Source of the DNA: Euglena gracilis
Taxonomy: Eukaryota
Length of the DNA stretch: 64,000 bases
Reading direction: 5' to 3'
Assembly: GCA_039621445.1 (NCBI GenBank)
Contig: CP154954.1
Coordinates: 12,270,716 to 12,334,715, forward strand
Each line of letters begins with the position of its first letter. The first letter of the stretch is position 1. Of this stretch, positions 27,080 through 41,506 are shown piece after piece. The position numbers and the translations under genes were made by a program. Below the pieces are notes generated by a model. The model was not told where the DNA came from. It made no database searches and saw only the letters and a program-made list of their open reading frames with translations.

Positions 27080-28094
27080 GCGTATGTAGGTGCGCGTGCG
27101 CATGTATGTGTATATATGTGTATATATTAAATATATTACACACGACAACATATCTGAAGAGTGTGAATGGCTGAGAAACTGGTATTCTTTTGAAGAATCA
27201 GGGCTGCACGATGGGAACTTTTATGGGCCCAGTGGTGCCACCAAGCAGTGGCGCCACCCCAAACCCAGCCGGCTCGCTTTTCGGTGCTGCTGGGCTGGGG
27301 CTGGGGAGGCGAGCCGTATGAGACCTCTGAGTCATCCCAGCGGTCTGAGGCACACCTCTGCTCTGCTGGGCAAAAGGTGGCGGGGTTGAGGGCACAGGCA
27401 GACCTACCCCTGGACTGTGGCCCTCAAAAAACATGACCGCCCTGTTCGGGATGCATGCCCTGTTGATGCCCGCCACGCTGGACCCCGCCCATGGGCCGCC
27501 AGCTAGGAGGGGGTGAGGGGTACTGGGGGCAAGCGGCAAACACGCAAACACCCGTGCACGCACACCAGGCGATTATTTTTGGTTTACATTTACTTTACAT
27601 TTACTTTACATTTACTTTATACTTACTTTACACTTGCTTCACTCTTGCTTTTCACTTTACTTTGCATTTACCTCCCGCCAACCTCCCACCCCCACCACCG
27701 CAGCGTCCCCCTACCCCAAACCTTGCGCGCCGGTGCTTCGACCTCGCGCAGCTGCTGCGGCCGATGTCCACCCTGGCTGCCTGGGTCCGCGCCGCCTGCG
27801 CCGCCGCCCTCCAGCGGTCGCGGGAGAGGTCCCCCCCCCCTCCCGATGACTCGCTGCCAGTCCAGACCAGGGGGTTTTTTTTAGTCTTGGACCCCCTCCC
27901 CCGGGGGGGGAGGGGGGTAGGGTGGGTCGCTGAGCTCTTATCCCTTTAGGGTAAGAGCGAAGATTACCCCTGGCGAAACCCCCCCCTCCACCCCCCCCCC
28001 CCCCCCCCCCGGGTCGGGGCCACCTGGAGAACGGACGGATTATCATTATGATCCCGGCCCGGTTCCCGAAAAAAAAATTTTCAGTCGCAAGCGA

Positions 28095-28240
28095 CTGGAT
28101 TTCTAATTTCCGAATCACCTGGGTTTGACCCCCAACTCCCCGCCAGGCCCGAGTTATTCACGCGCGAAGGGGTCCAAACTGGGTAGGACCCTTTGGACCT
28201 CTGCCATTTCGGCCAAAAAATGTCAATTTTCAAAATATCT
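28095..28240. repeat. Dispersed repeat shared with ~36070-36240
   Basis: GAATCACCT..ACCCCCAACT.CC.GCCAGGCCCGAGTTATTCAC..GAAGGGGTCCAA.CTGGGTAGGA occurs at both sites. Downstream 28450-28550 also matches ~35085-35345. Confidence 0.7.
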
Positions 28241-31200
28241 CCAAATCAAAGGAAAATGTCCGGAGACCTAATTTGAAGCCCTTGGAACGCCCCATCTACC
28301 GGTATTTTGATTTCCCCGCAACTCCCCGCCCAGCCCGAGATACGGCCGTTTTTCGGCCAATTTGGGCCATTTTGTGCACTATTTCCACTGTTCGACTTAG
28401 TATTTTTCGGACACAAAAGTCGGAAAAAATTGAAAAAAAATTTTGCCCGAAACGATGTTTTTTGGCCTCCCGGACCCAAAAAAACTGTTTTTGAGCCGAA
28501 AATGAGCGTTTTTCGACCCACCAGCGCCCCGTTTCGGGCACAAAACCCATGTATTTCAGTCAAAAGAGCTCCATGGAGTGGGCCGATATATATGGGGGGG
28601 TCAATCAATGAAGGGGTGGGTGCGCGCTTATTAAGAGCTCAGCACTATTCAAAACCTGGTGGGTCCCTTGGACCCCCCTCCCCCCCCGGGGGGGGGGGGT
28701 GGGGGTAGGGGCTGGTGGGTATATCTTTTTCGGCGCCAGAAGCGCCAAAAATTTTGAAAAGGTGCTATTTTTAGAATTTTCGGGTAAAGTGGGTGGGTCC
28801 CCCCGGGACCCCCCCCCCTCCCTCGGGGGGGGCCCACCCCTGGGGGTGGGTGGGTGGGTGCCGACCCCCTCCACCCCCCCCGGTCTTAAAAAAAACCCCT
28901 GGTCCGGACCCAGTCCAGTGGGACACGTGGCCCCAACTGCCTGTGTGCCTGCCCACCCCCCCCAGGGAAGAACAGGAATCGGCCAAACAGCCAGGGTGGT
29001 GGGTGGGGGGGGGGGCGACCCACCACCTCCCGTATTTCCGACCCCGATAAATTTTTTCTGGCACCTTCGAAACCGGGGGGATTTGTCAGGGGGGGGACCG
29101 CAAATGCGTTTTTTTTGCGTTTTCAATTTTCCGAAAATTTGCATTTTTTGCATTTTTTGCGGGTTTTTTTGCCTTTTTTTTGCGATTTTTTTTAACATTT
29201 TTTTGCATTTTTTTGTACTTTTTTGCGTTTCTTTTTCATTTTGCACCTCCAAGTGTGGTGTTCATTGCCCTGCTTACATTTCATTTGCCACTATGCACCC
29301 ACTATGCTATTTTAGAGGTGCATTGTGGTTTCGTGGTACCAATGAGGACCTTGTGAGTGAACCAACCGTTTGTGGCCTCCACACAGGTGAGTCCTCCAAA
29401 AATCGGCCCATCGGCAGCACACTTGGTGAACTAACACACAAGAGGTGGCAATACCCTGCCTTGACATTGCAAACCAGCACCAAATGGGTCGACAAGCAGG
29501 ATGAAACTATTGGCGTTTTCACAGTGAGCCAATAGATTATTACCCCGGCAAGAACTTCGGCAGTACTCTGTGGGCAGCACTCTGGCACGCCCTTGGAATT
29601 GACAATTTTCTGAGTTTCGCCGGGATAAATTTATCGAAAGCCCAAATCCCTCTTAGGCTTGTACTTACCAACCGGGCGGAGAGGGGGGTGGATGGGCGCT
29701 ATAGGGTGCCTGCCCATAGCAGGCACACCCTCCCGGCGGGTTTGGGGGGGAACCAGAAAATTTTCATTGGAAATGGCCTTCCGGGCCCCCTGCGCCGGGG
29801 TCGGAGGGGGGTGCTCGCTATGGGCAGGCACCCCCCAAAAACCTTAACCCCCCGGGGGGGGGTCGGAAGGGTGCTATAGGGTGCCTGCCCCTAGCACCTC
29901 CCCCCCTGTGGGGTAGGTACCGACTAAGCACAAGCCTGATCCCTCCCCCTTGGTCTGAAAACATCCCTGCTAACAATGATGGACATGTATGTTTTTTTGT
30001 GCATTCATCCACGCATCCATACGCATATGCACAGGCCAGGGAGGGGGGTTCGGAACCAGCTGTAAACATGCGGGGGTGGCACCAAACACGCAGTGCAGAG
30101 TTTGCGCTACCTGCACCCGGCACGTGATGTCAGCATGGGAGCGGATCGGCCCACCTCGACGGGCAGGAATTCTCGAACAGTTGGTGGGAAAATGACTTGA
30201 AGGCTTCTGGGGGGGAGGGGGGTGCGCTGTGGCGCAGTGCCGGACTTTGAGATGGGATCCCGTCAGGCGGAGCAGGGGCGCGGGATCGCTGCCGGGGAGG
30301 AGGCGCTGGCGAAGGCGGAGGCTGGCGTCGCGGCCAGGGGCTGTTTTACAGTCCAATTAAGGGAGGGTCAGCCTCCACCATGGGAAACTCTGGAGGGACC
30401 TCCACTCCAAACACGGAGGCCCCCAACCACCTTGCAAATTTATTTGGCAGTTTGAACCGAAAATAATGGAAACCTCCTCCGGGAGGGGTTTCCACTTGAC
30501 TTCCCGGGGTAGGACCCACCCCCCCCCCGTCGTCAACCTTTAAAAAAAAAACTCCTGAGTGCGGCACCGCCCCAGTGGCGTGCCGGGAGGGGATTGGGGG
30601 CTGGGCGGGAGCGACGAGGTCGGCTGCCAGGCCTCAGGGGCCACAGCTGGGCTCAATGATCCATTTGGGGGGTCTGTTGTCGCGAGGACGACGAGCACTG
30701 CGCCAAGGAACCTCACCCCTACAACGCAAAAACACCGCGTAAACCCCTGCCAAATATATCCCCCCGGGATACAAAAAACCCCCTACGGGTTTTGATATGA
30801 CGACCAAATGAAACCCCCCCCACCTTGGTAAGTGCCAATAGACGCCGCACCAGCTGCACCAGACCAGGAAAGTACCGAAAATTCACAATTTTATGACTGT
30901 TTCAAGCAATGAATCTGACAGTTTTGCTCCAAAAAAATGGTGACTCGCTTGCATAAACACGTAGCGAAAATGAGTGCAGAATTGCATTGGGAAGCAAAAA
31001 TATGCTTCTGGTCGCGGAAGGTTGATTTTCCCGCCCAGGAAAAAACTGTGGTGCTTTCCCGAAATTTTGCTTCCGTAATAAGGACAGGAGGATGAAAGAC
31101 CAGCCCAGTGACTTTGCAGGGAGCAAAGCTCTTTGAAGGGTTTCCCAAGCAGGGGGAGGGTCACACAAAGGTTCAGTGAATCATTCTGTGGAGGGGAGAA

Positions 31201-34200
31201 GAATGATGCGGCAAGGTGGACCATGGCGTCGCTGTGGCGAGACTGAAGGAGAGGGAGGGAGGGGGGCAAAGGCATTGGCTTCAGAAGTGCCAGAAGCTTC
31301 GCAGTGGATTGACTTGTAGGGCCAAACTGCAGTCGCTTTCCGGTATTCTGCCACGCCTGGAAATCGATATTTTTTACACAATAGTTGCTTTCATTTTAGG
31401 AAACCTCAAAATATAAACTGAATGGGAGGAGAGGCTTTTCTTTAGGGAGGGGGGAGGGGGGCTAGGCCCCCCCAAATAATACTCCCTGGGGTATTATATT
31501 TTCCCCCGAAGTCCCGGCCCGGGGGGGTGTTATTTCGGGGGGGGGGGGGTAATAGCACCCCAAAATTTTCGGAATTTTTTGAAGTCCTGTAGGGCCCAAA
31601 ATAGCAGCCAAAACCCCCCTTTGGGGTCATTTTTGTACTTTCTCATTAAAGTAGCATTTTTGGAGGCCAGATGATCCAGAAAAATCGATTTTTTTCTCGT
31701 AATTTGTTGTCAGAGATTGTGACTTTTGCCAACAAATTTCAGGTCAAATACGGGTCGTCGGCTCGAAATTGGGGGGGGGGGTGCATTTTATTCGGTCGCC
31801 GAAGGGGGGTATTATTTGGGGGGTATTATTTGGGGGGTTACTCTGAAGCTTTCCTTTTCAAAAACCAGCAAATAACTTTGGGGGTGCGGATTGGTTGCAC
31901 CAGCAACTCCTGGCAAAACAGCTTGCCAAAGGACATTGCCCATTTCGAAAGAAAACTGCTGGTCCTCTTTGGGAGAGGGAGGACAGGGTTTGTTTGTACC
32001 TTCACACTCCACTGATAAAGACCTCAGATGTGAGGCAACGCATAACGGGCCGGCTTTCTTGGTCCAACGACTGCTGGGAAAGGCGTGCAGTAAACAGGCT
32101 ATCCCACCTAGGGCGGGGGGGGGGGGTCGGCTCAAAAAAAAACCACAATGGCTCAAAAAAAATTCAGGGGGAGCCAACACAAGCAACAACAGCAGCCACC
32201 TGGTCAGCTTCGGCACCAAATGAGAGCCTGGCAGGCGTGGATGGCGTTGAGGGCGCCGGCCACGTTGGCGACGCAGGAAAGTCAATGAGGGGCCGCCGTT
32301 TTAGGACGAGAGGGACAACCTTTGTCCCCTCTCAACATGTTTGCACGACATTTTTGCGAATACAACACGGTTCCAACCAAGTTGTTTTTTTTTTTTTGAC
32401 TGGGGTGTCAGCAGACCCTTGAGCCCCCTTGGGGGGGGGGGGGACTCGGGGACCCGCTTTTGGGAGGTCAATTTCTTAGCAGAATTTTTTTTAAAAAAAT
32501 CCGCCGTTTTGCACCAAAAAAAATAGAGGAAAACGTCCCCTCCAGCTGTCCACTTGGCCCAACCCCCCACACCACCCCCCAGGGCACCAAATCAGGCTCC
32601 CCCTTCGGTTTAAAAAAGAAACAAGCATAACATTTATTCTTTTCAAAGATCTTCATTGGGCATTTTTGACTCTAATATGTAATTTTGGTGTGCTCTGGGC
32701 ATTCTGATACAAGAGCCATTTCTCTCACAGTCAACTTGATACTTTTTCCTTCCAAAAAAAAACGAAAAAAAATGTCAGCAATGCACACATGTGAAAATTC
32801 TCCAAATTGTTCATTATGCAAAAAAAAAATTGTGCCAATTGCGCCCCCGGGAATTTTGTCCATGCGTGTCCAGCTGGGCAGGAGGAGACACAGTGGGGAA
32901 TTAATCAGAAATCACAAAATTTGGCTCTCAAATGACTGGCCTCGATTTTCCACAGCCCACTGCAGCAGAGCTGGCTGGGGCTTCGTGGGGACTGCGAGGC
33001 TGGGACTGCTGCGTGGGGCAGGGGCGTGGTGCACACCACCACCACCACCACCCACCACCCACCACCCACCATCCACCACCCACCACCCACCACCCACCAC
33101 ACACTGTCACAAAAAAGTGTTCAAAAATCGACGTTTTGTGGACATTTTCAAAAAATTGCTTTTTGGAAAATTTGCTTGAAATTGACCATTTTTTGCGAAC
33201 ATCCAAAAATGTTGCCAAAAATGACCCCTTTTGGGCTGTCCGAGGTTCGGGTATGGGAATACCTTGGGGGGGACCCAGGTCCCCCCTCCCCCCGAGCTGC
33301 ACCCATTGGGCCGTGAAGGGTCCCGGGGACAGGAATAGCTTGGGAAGGGGGGGCATAGAATTTGGCTAATGCCCGGGCTCCTTCAGACTCTATTAGCCAA
33401 TTAGGGAGGGGGGATTAATTCCCCTAATTCCTATTTCCCCTAATTTCTTACCTGTGCAAAATTGGTCGATACTTGTGCACAGTTGGATTGGTCATAACTT
33501 CTTTCTTATCCGAAAAAATTGAAATTTTCGAAAAGAAGGTTTTGGGGGTTTTTTTGAACCCTTTTTGCGGCCTTGTCAAAATTGGCAAAAGTGCCTCCCA
33601 ACCCCACCCTGCAGGGGGGCCCCCTTGAAGCGTGCTCACAAACTGTTGTGAATTTGCTGCCATCCGAGTCAAAATCAGACGACAGCCTAGACATCTGAGC
33701 CTCTGCATTGCTGCTGATGGGACTGCAGGACCTTGAGCAGACACAGACCACTGTTTCAGCAGGGGGGATCCAGTCCTGTTGCTTCCAGAAACACAAACAG
33801 ACGTGGCCTGGGCATGACCTTGGATGCCATGGGGCCCTTCCACTCCACCCGCACATCAGCGCTGTTGGGGCGCACAAGTGAAAGGTTGTGGCGGGGCATT
33901 GTGGGACGGGTGGCAGCTGTGGAGAGCAGCACACAACCAAACAATGGCGATGCAATTTGGGTGTGAACAGGTGCCGAACCGTGGTGTTGGGGGCTAAAGG
34001 TGCGGAAACAGTGTAGACCCCCCTAACAAGTGTGCAGTGCCCTATTTATGCGCAGTGCCCCAATCAGTGCTTACCCCCCAAGGGTCCGAAACTACCTCCC
34101 TAAAAAGTGCGCACCCCACAAGGGAGAAATCACTCTGACACCTAAGGTCGGAAAGCACACACACTTCTCAGAAGCACAGTTGGACCAACTACTTCTATCG

Positions 34201-37200
34201 GTCAAGCACAAATTTGACACATAATCACTTGACGCATTCCTTGACATCACAAGAAGGGGAAAACCTGAAAATAAGCAATGGAAAACTAAGATTTCTGTGC
34301 TTTCTTTTGAGTGCCAGTGCCCTAATAAAGGCGCACCCTTGGGGTCCGAAACTACTGGAAAAAATCTACCTCCCCCCCCCCCCGGGCGCTTGGCCCGGGC
34401 CATGATTGAAAGTAAGCCTGGGGGGCCAAGTTTGCATGTTAAGAGCGTGAAGGGGCCAACGACACCAACATCGGAGCCCCCCGACTGGAAAAAAAAATTC
34501 CTCCGGCGCTGTGCGCTAAGGTGGACGTTTTTTAAAACGGCCAAAAAAAATGGACATTTTTGGCCAATTTTGGGGGGGGGACAAAAAAAATTGGGCGCTT
34601 CGCGCCGGTCACTGGAAAAACTTCCACTTCACTGAAAAAAAAATTCCACTAACGAGCCCTGCCAGCAGACCCCCCGGGGGGTCTAGAATTCCCACAAGCC
34701 AAATTTGGACTAGCTGCAGTCCAGCCCCCCCCGGGGGGGGGGGGGGGGCTGGTGCTGCGAACCCTTAAGCAAAGGCCTGCCCCCTTCACATAATGCAACG
34801 ACCCCCCAAAAAGCCGGCCACCGAAAAAGACCGAAAGGTTTCTTTCGGATTGGGAAGAATTTTGTCTGTCGAATCTTGGACCTCCCCCCGGTGGTGAGGC
34901 TCACCGTTTGGAACTTCATTGGGGGTTCCTGGACACCTTCCCTCCCTCACATAAACCAATGGTGAACTTCACCGGTGAAGCTCACCACAAGCATCACAAA
35001 CATCGATTTTTCGAAAGTATCTTGAGAAAACATACATTATTTCCGGAAGTGTGGGTCTGACAATGTCCGAAACGATGCCTGAAACGATGTTTTTTTGGCC
35101 TCCCGGACCTGGAAAAACTGTTTTTGAGCGGTCGAAAAACACTCATTTTCGGCTCAAAAACAGGTTTTCCGGGTCCAGGAGGCCCAAAAAACAGGGTTTC
35201 GGGCAGAAAAAATTTCGATTGTTTTCGACTTTTTTGACCCATTTTTGACCCAAACTCCATAGTTTCGGGTCAAAACGGGGTGCTGGGGGGTCGAAAAACG
35301 CTCATTTTCACGCCAGCACCCCGGTTTTGGCCCAAAACCCATGGATTTTGGGTAATTTTTACGTCAAAAAAATTCGAGAAACGTCGAAGAAAATTGCACG
35401 AGATGGTAACTCACAGTAATTTTTGAAATTTATGCAAGTTATGTAATTTTCTCCGGCTTTTTTGACCAAAAACATTTCGGGGCAAAAACGGGGCGTCAGA
35501 AAAACGCTTATTTTCGGGTCAAAAACCGTTTGCAGGTGAATTTTATAAATCATAAATTATGCGAAATTGGCAATGGTAAAAAAAAACCTGGGTTATAAGT
35601 CAAGGAATTGTTGGTGCAAATACGACCCCCCCCCAACATGACCCTAAACCCCCCAACTTGACAATTTTTGGCAAATTTGGTCAAAAAGGGCATTTTCATG
35701 ATGGTCGGTCTCAAAAAGTTGCCAAAAAATCAGTATTTGTGTGGTTTGCAGCCGAAAAAGTCGTCCCCGGCAGCTTTCATGGAAAGAAATCTTACTAAAG
35801 GCCAGGATTGCAAGTTTACAGAAAAGGCCAACTTTAGGGGGCCAAGTTTACATGTTAAGAAGTGGGGGTGCCAACCAGGGGGAAGTACGAAAATGTGCGC
35901 CCCTGTCCACTTTTTTTTGGGGGGGTCGCTAAGCGCTTTCTCTTTAAGAGTAAGAGCACCAGGGAAAAGGGGGGGGTAGAACCCCCCCTGGGTTGGCAAT
36001 GAAAACCGCCGATTACACCATGACCCCGGCCCCGTTCCCTGGGTCATGGCTTTTATCCCCATTTGCGAGCGGCTGGATCCCGAGATTCTGAATCACCTCC
36101 GTTTCACCCCCAACTACCTGCCAGGCCCGAGTTATTCACCTGTGAAGGGGTCCAAGCTGGGTAGGAGTCGCAACCCCCCCCCCGTTTCGACTCTGCCATC
36201 TCGCCGGGGTGAGATTTTCGGTCAAAAAGTCGGTTTTTCGAAAATTTTCGAGAAAACGCACATTATTTCCGGAGTGTCGGTCAGACCAAATGCACCCCTG
36301 GATGCCCTCTATCGCCCCCCATCCGCCGTTTTGGCCCCGACAGTTTCTAAACACGGGTTTCGGCATGCCGAAGCCTGTGTTTAGAAACACATACTTTGGA
36401 TCATTTTTCAGCCTTTGCCTTTGACTCTCCAAGACTCAGGGAGTGATTCGGGTCATGGGGGGGGGTCACGAGGGGAACACCACATCTTCGGTGGCCAAAT
36501 CAATCACCAAGCCCAAATTTGAAACAAAAATTAAGCCTCAAAATTAGCCTGAATCAACCTGAAAATTTCATAAAATTGGGCATCACCTTGGGTGATGGGA
36601 GGGGGTCACGGGGGGAACACCCCCTGGGCATAATTGTGACTAAATGTCCAACTTCTTTTATTGCCTGTGTCCATTTCCATGGAAGAGACTGAATTTAGAA
36701 GCATTACACCAAATTTCAATGCAATTGCTCTTTTCCATTTTTGTAATTATTATTCACTTTTCACCTGGTTTTGTACTCTTTTTCGTTTCATTTTGCAGCG
36801 TTATTTCATTTAGCCATTTCTTTGCAAAAATGTTTTCAGGCTCAATTTCAGCTTTGGCGTCCATTTCAGGCCGTCTAAGATTTGGGCTTTCTTTGCCTGT
36901 TTTGGGTTCAAGCCGAGTCCAGCCTGGCAGCCGGGTTAGAATCACCCCCTGACCCCAGGGATCCATCCAACACCTTTTTTTCAGCCATCACCTATTTCCT
37001 ACTGGGGCTGGGTTCGGAGGGCCGAGGCACAGGCGGAAAAAAATCCAGAAGCATCGCAAGCTTGGAACACTTCTGAAACGTTTGTGAGAATGAAATGTCC
37101 GTGCAAATGAAAATACCGGCACACCGTGCTGAAATATTCCGGTCAAGCCCCGGCCGGGGTCTTCCACGTTAAAAAGAAGCCAGTCTGGACCCACCACCCA

Positions 37201-39723
37201 ACATGATCTGTCGCGGGAACTTCTTGCATCGCTTATCAACATCCCATTCAAGCAACGTCAATATAGGCCGTAAACCCGGTCCTGGAACTTGATCGCATCC
37301 TGAGAAAAATATCAACTTTTCCGCCATACCAAAATGGGACCCATTTCCCAGTAAACAGCCCGGACATAAATCCAAAAAAAACCTCCAGAGATCTGTTCTC
37401 CCAGAATAAAAAGAAAATGGCGGAAGAGTGGTCAAAAAATGCATAGCAGCAGCATTTTGGCCTGATCTCCACCGGGATCCCTGAACCGCCATTCTTTTTC
37501 TTTTGCAAATTGGTCAGATTTAATTTCAACCGCACATTTTCCCCATTCAAAGTCGAGCAGCAACAAATCCTGAGTACCCCTACCCTACGGTACACCCTAG
37601 ACCAGGGCAGAACGGGAAGGCCTGGTGGAGGGGTCGATTCACCCCCATCCGGGAGGTGGGGGGGGTGGGTCGACCCCCCCCCACCCACCACAGCATTTCC
37701 ACCGATTTCGGGAAAACAGGGATTTTGGTCAAAAAATTTGTGAATTTTTTTTGAAAAATGAACCCAAAACACATTTTTTTTGGAAACCCACATTTCTCAA
37801 AAAATCTCAAAAAATTCAGGGTTAAAAAATGGTAGTTTTTAGGAGGGGGGTGAAAAAAACGAAGGTCAAAAAAAGTGGACCAAATTTTGGCACAGTCAAA
37901 TTTTACTGACATTTTTTTCTCGTTGAAATTTTTTGGACTTTCAATAGCATTTCTGCTTCAAAAAGCTTTCAAAATCAAAATTTTGAGAAAATGTGAATTG
38001 TAGGAAGGTGTGAAAAAATGGGGTTTTACCTCCCACATGGGTCCCAAAATGGGTCAAAAAAAACACCTGGCGCCGAATGTGCTGGGAAAAAAATTTTCGG
38101 GTCCGAAAATTGGTGCTCCCGGAAATACAGGAAGAGGTGGGGGTGGTCGACCCCCCCCCACCCACCACCCTGGTTGTTCGGCCGATTCCCGTTCTGCCCT
38201 GCCCTAGACCCTTCTTGCAAGGAGGGCTGAGGGCCCTCCTTATGTTGAGACCTGCTCAAAGCATTCCTCTTGTCCAGCCAGGTATCAGTTTGAAGTTTGA
38301 AGTTGGCGACCCCGCGAGGCTTCCTTGATTGCGATGGTTGGCACAACGCCCATTTGTTGACCTGCTGGTAAGCAGCTCCAACGCTTCTTTGCAAGGTCAG
38401 GAGAGACATTCGATCGATTTCCAAAAGAATTCAGAAGCTGATTCCCCCTGGAACAAAAGAAACCCACTCAGAAGACGTGATCGCTGCCCTCCTCCACGTT
38501 GGTCCTGCTGTAGTCGGACTTTGCACCCAAGGGGATGTGGAGGGAACCAGCCATCTGGGGGACAGTTGCACAAGTGAGGCTTGGAGAACTCTGAGATGGG
38601 ACAGAAAACAGCAAACAGGTCGGCGGGAGCAAGCAGGGAGGACAGCTGCGCGGCAGCGGGGCCAGCGTCGCTTGCGTCGGCGCAGGGGGGGGGGCAGGGC
38701 TGCCTGTGGGCGAACGGCGACAAAGGGGGAAGAACACCCGGACCCGACGTTCCTTCTGGCCTCATCTCATCCAATGCTGCATTTAGAAGCCACAATTACA
38801 GCCGTGATAAAAGATCAATCCGTATGCTGTTAAAATATTATACCGTCAAATGCTATCTGTGCCATCATGTTGACCAATATTATACCGTATCAAATGCCAT
38901 CATGTTGAGGCCGAAAATTGGATCGAGAAATTTTCAAAAAAAGCAAAATGCTTTGTGATTGTGAAAAACCCTGGGTCCAAAGAAATTTATCAGAAAATAG
39001 CTTCGCCCAGGAATTGTGTTGTTAACAAAAAGTTAGCGCTGTTGGGTGACAGTGTTTCTGGAGGCAGCTCTCCGTAGGCAGTTGCGAAATCCAGTTGAGC
39101 ACATCAAATATGGTCCAGGTGTTGCAGCGGACGTCAGGAAGGCAAATTACATGTCCAGCAGACATGCTCAGGAAGGAAGATGTAAAAGTAGGCGCTGAGA
39201 TGGCACCATACTGAATTAAATTTTGTGACACATTTTTGGCAGGCAGCAGAACACGCCTGGGAATTCTCGTTTTTTTGCTCGTCTTCATTGCTTCTTATCA
39301 TAACCAGAGTGGGCACTGCACATGACAAGCCAAAACCCACCAATAAGTGCATGGCTGTGGTGCATAAATAGGGAGTGTACACTTATCAGGGGACGTGGAC
39401 AGAACGTTTGGGAAAACGTCCAACGGTTACTTCTTGGTATATTCTGAGGAGCGGACAAATCAGAAAACCAAAGCTGGTGCCTGAACGGACATATGCCGTT
39501 CGCAGGGCTTTGAACAGAGAACAGGATCAAAGAGCAGTTGCCCAGCAAACTGGTTCTTTGAAGGTTGCAAGGGACAGCGATGAGTCAGAAATTATGGGCA
39601 TTTGCCAAAAAAAGGCATAAAACTGAAATTTCTTGTGAGATGCCATGTGAAATAAAAAAAAATCATCACAACCAAGGTGATGTAACGTTGCAATTATCAA
39701 CCAAATCCAAACAAGTATTATTC

Positions 39724-39796
<73 letters not shown>

Positions 39797-39843
39797 GCTG
39801 GAATCCCCATCGTCGTCGTCATTGCTATTAACATTGATGTCAG

Positions 39844-39903
<60 letters not shown>

Positions 39904-39928
39904 CGTCGTCCTCCTCCTCCTCCTCCTC
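39724..39928. repeat. (CAT)n, (GTT)n and (CCT)n microsatellite cluster within repeat R
   Basis: Visible arrays at 39724-39796, 39845-39902 and 39910-39928. Confidence 0.95.
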
Positions 39929-39938
39929 ATTGTTGCTG

Positions 39939-41192
39939 CAGGGTTTACCACCGGTTCGTGATTGTTCGTGATTGTTCGTGAGTGTTCGTGCTTTCAAAAA
40001 ACCGCCCGGTTTTCTGTTTTCGTTGGCAAATAGGTATTTCCTCATGTACTCATTGCACTCTGTCATTTATTTTTTGCTCCAAAAAAAAGCCTTACACTGG
40101 ACAATGGAAAAAGATCCACATCGATTGATTTCTGCAGCAAGAGCTGCGTCTTAAGACACCGTTTTTTTAAAGAGGCGCAGGCAGGGACTCAAGACCAGGG
40201 TTCGATATAAGGACAGGTGGGGGGGGTGGTCCGGACCCCCCCCCCCTGTGGGCCAGGAGGGGGGGTGGGGGGGACACCCCCCCACCTAAACAGTGGCGCG
40301 ATCCGGGTGACCGATTTTTGACCCCCTCAAAACGACCAAAAGCGCCATTTTGGGGCAAAAATTTGCCAAAAAATGCAAAAAATTGATCCTTTTGGGGGGG
40401 GGTCCCGGGTACCCTCCCAGGGTCGGTCCGGACCCCCCTGGCAGGTGGGGGGGGGGGGTCCGCACCCTGCGGGCCAGGAGGGGGTGGGGGGTGGGGGACA
40501 CCCCCCACCTAAACTCCGTACACCCTCCTTATATCAAACCCTGCTCAAGACGGAGTCTGCGTCTTTTACAGCGGATGAAAAACACAAATGTTCATTGTGT
40601 TCAATCCCCATGTTGGTGAACACCCTACTTTTCCAAAGCCAACGGGAGAGTTAGGCCTTGTGATGGTCACAATGCAAAATCTGGTCAGAACCTGAAATGA
40701 TATCAAAAGCCTAGCACTTCTTTAATTTAACAAAAAAATATTTGAAATTAAAAAATGGTTGACAATCTGCCAAAACACTGCCCAAAATGAAGCCTCAATG
40801 TCCACGATGACCATGAATTGGCCCCAAAAATTCCAAAAATGCCCAAGATTGTTGCAAAAAAAAATGCCCAAAATGGGAGAAAACCAGCCAAAAAAAAAAT
40901 GGCTCAAATGGACTTAAAGGGCAAATGAGCTAAAATTAAAGCTGGGATTTGGTTTCCCCCATCTTTTGACGATTCTTGGCATCGACGAGGCCGGCGAGGC
41001 TGAACGACATGATCTTTTCTCTTTGGTTGATTGAACAACACCTTCATTCTCAGAAGAAGACATTTCTGCAAGGGTGACAAAAATCCAGTTCGTGATTGTT
41101 CGTGATTGTTCGTGATTTTGCCAAAGTCTCAAGTTCGTGCTGGTTCGTGATTGTTCGTGATTGTTCGTGGCACGAACCGGTGAAAATCCCTG
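39939..41192. mobile_element. hAT-like non-autonomous element
   Basis: TIR CAGGGTTTACCACCGGTTCGTG / CACGAACCGGTGAAAATCCCTG. GTTGCTG(C) duplicated on both flanks. TTCGTGATTG subterminal repeats at both ends. Confidence 0.75.
40196..40543. mobile_element. hAT-like MITE nested in 39939-41192
   Basis: TIR CAGGGTTCGATATAAGGA / TCCTTATATCAAACCCTG with exact 8-bp TSD CTCAAGAC (40188-40195 and 40544-40551). Confidence 0.88.
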
Positions 41193-41506
41193 GTTGCTGC
41201 TGCTGGTGGTGGTGGTGTATTGTATTGTAAGTTTGAAACTTTTTGGTATTTTGGGAATCAAAATCATCAAAATGATGTTTGGTGGGTTCAAAGAATGATG
41301 TTAGGGGATGGGAACCTCGGCACCGAAGGTGTCGTGGCTGGTACCCCCGGGCCCACTAAAGACCTTGGCCCAAAATGCTGTTCTTGGTCGGATACCGTGT
41401 TTGGGCGAAGATCTAAGACTTTTGCTGTCGCGAAATCAGCCCAAACACGGGTTCGATAAGGGTTTGGTGGGTTAGCAAAAATTCAAAAATCAGAACTTCT
41501 GCCGGA

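Larger units (their letters stand above)
37190..41506. repeat. Long dispersed repeat 'R', copy 2 (interrupted)
   Basis: Collinear with copy 1. 38897-39570 is nearly identical to 44437-45105. Ends at the family TIR at 41507. Confidence 0.8.

Noticed and set aside
28605-36450. Numerous 60-280 aa ORFs rich in Gly/Pro/Phe/Lys
   Set aside because: They arise from homopolymer-rich MITE-like repeats and show no codon bias or recognisable domains.
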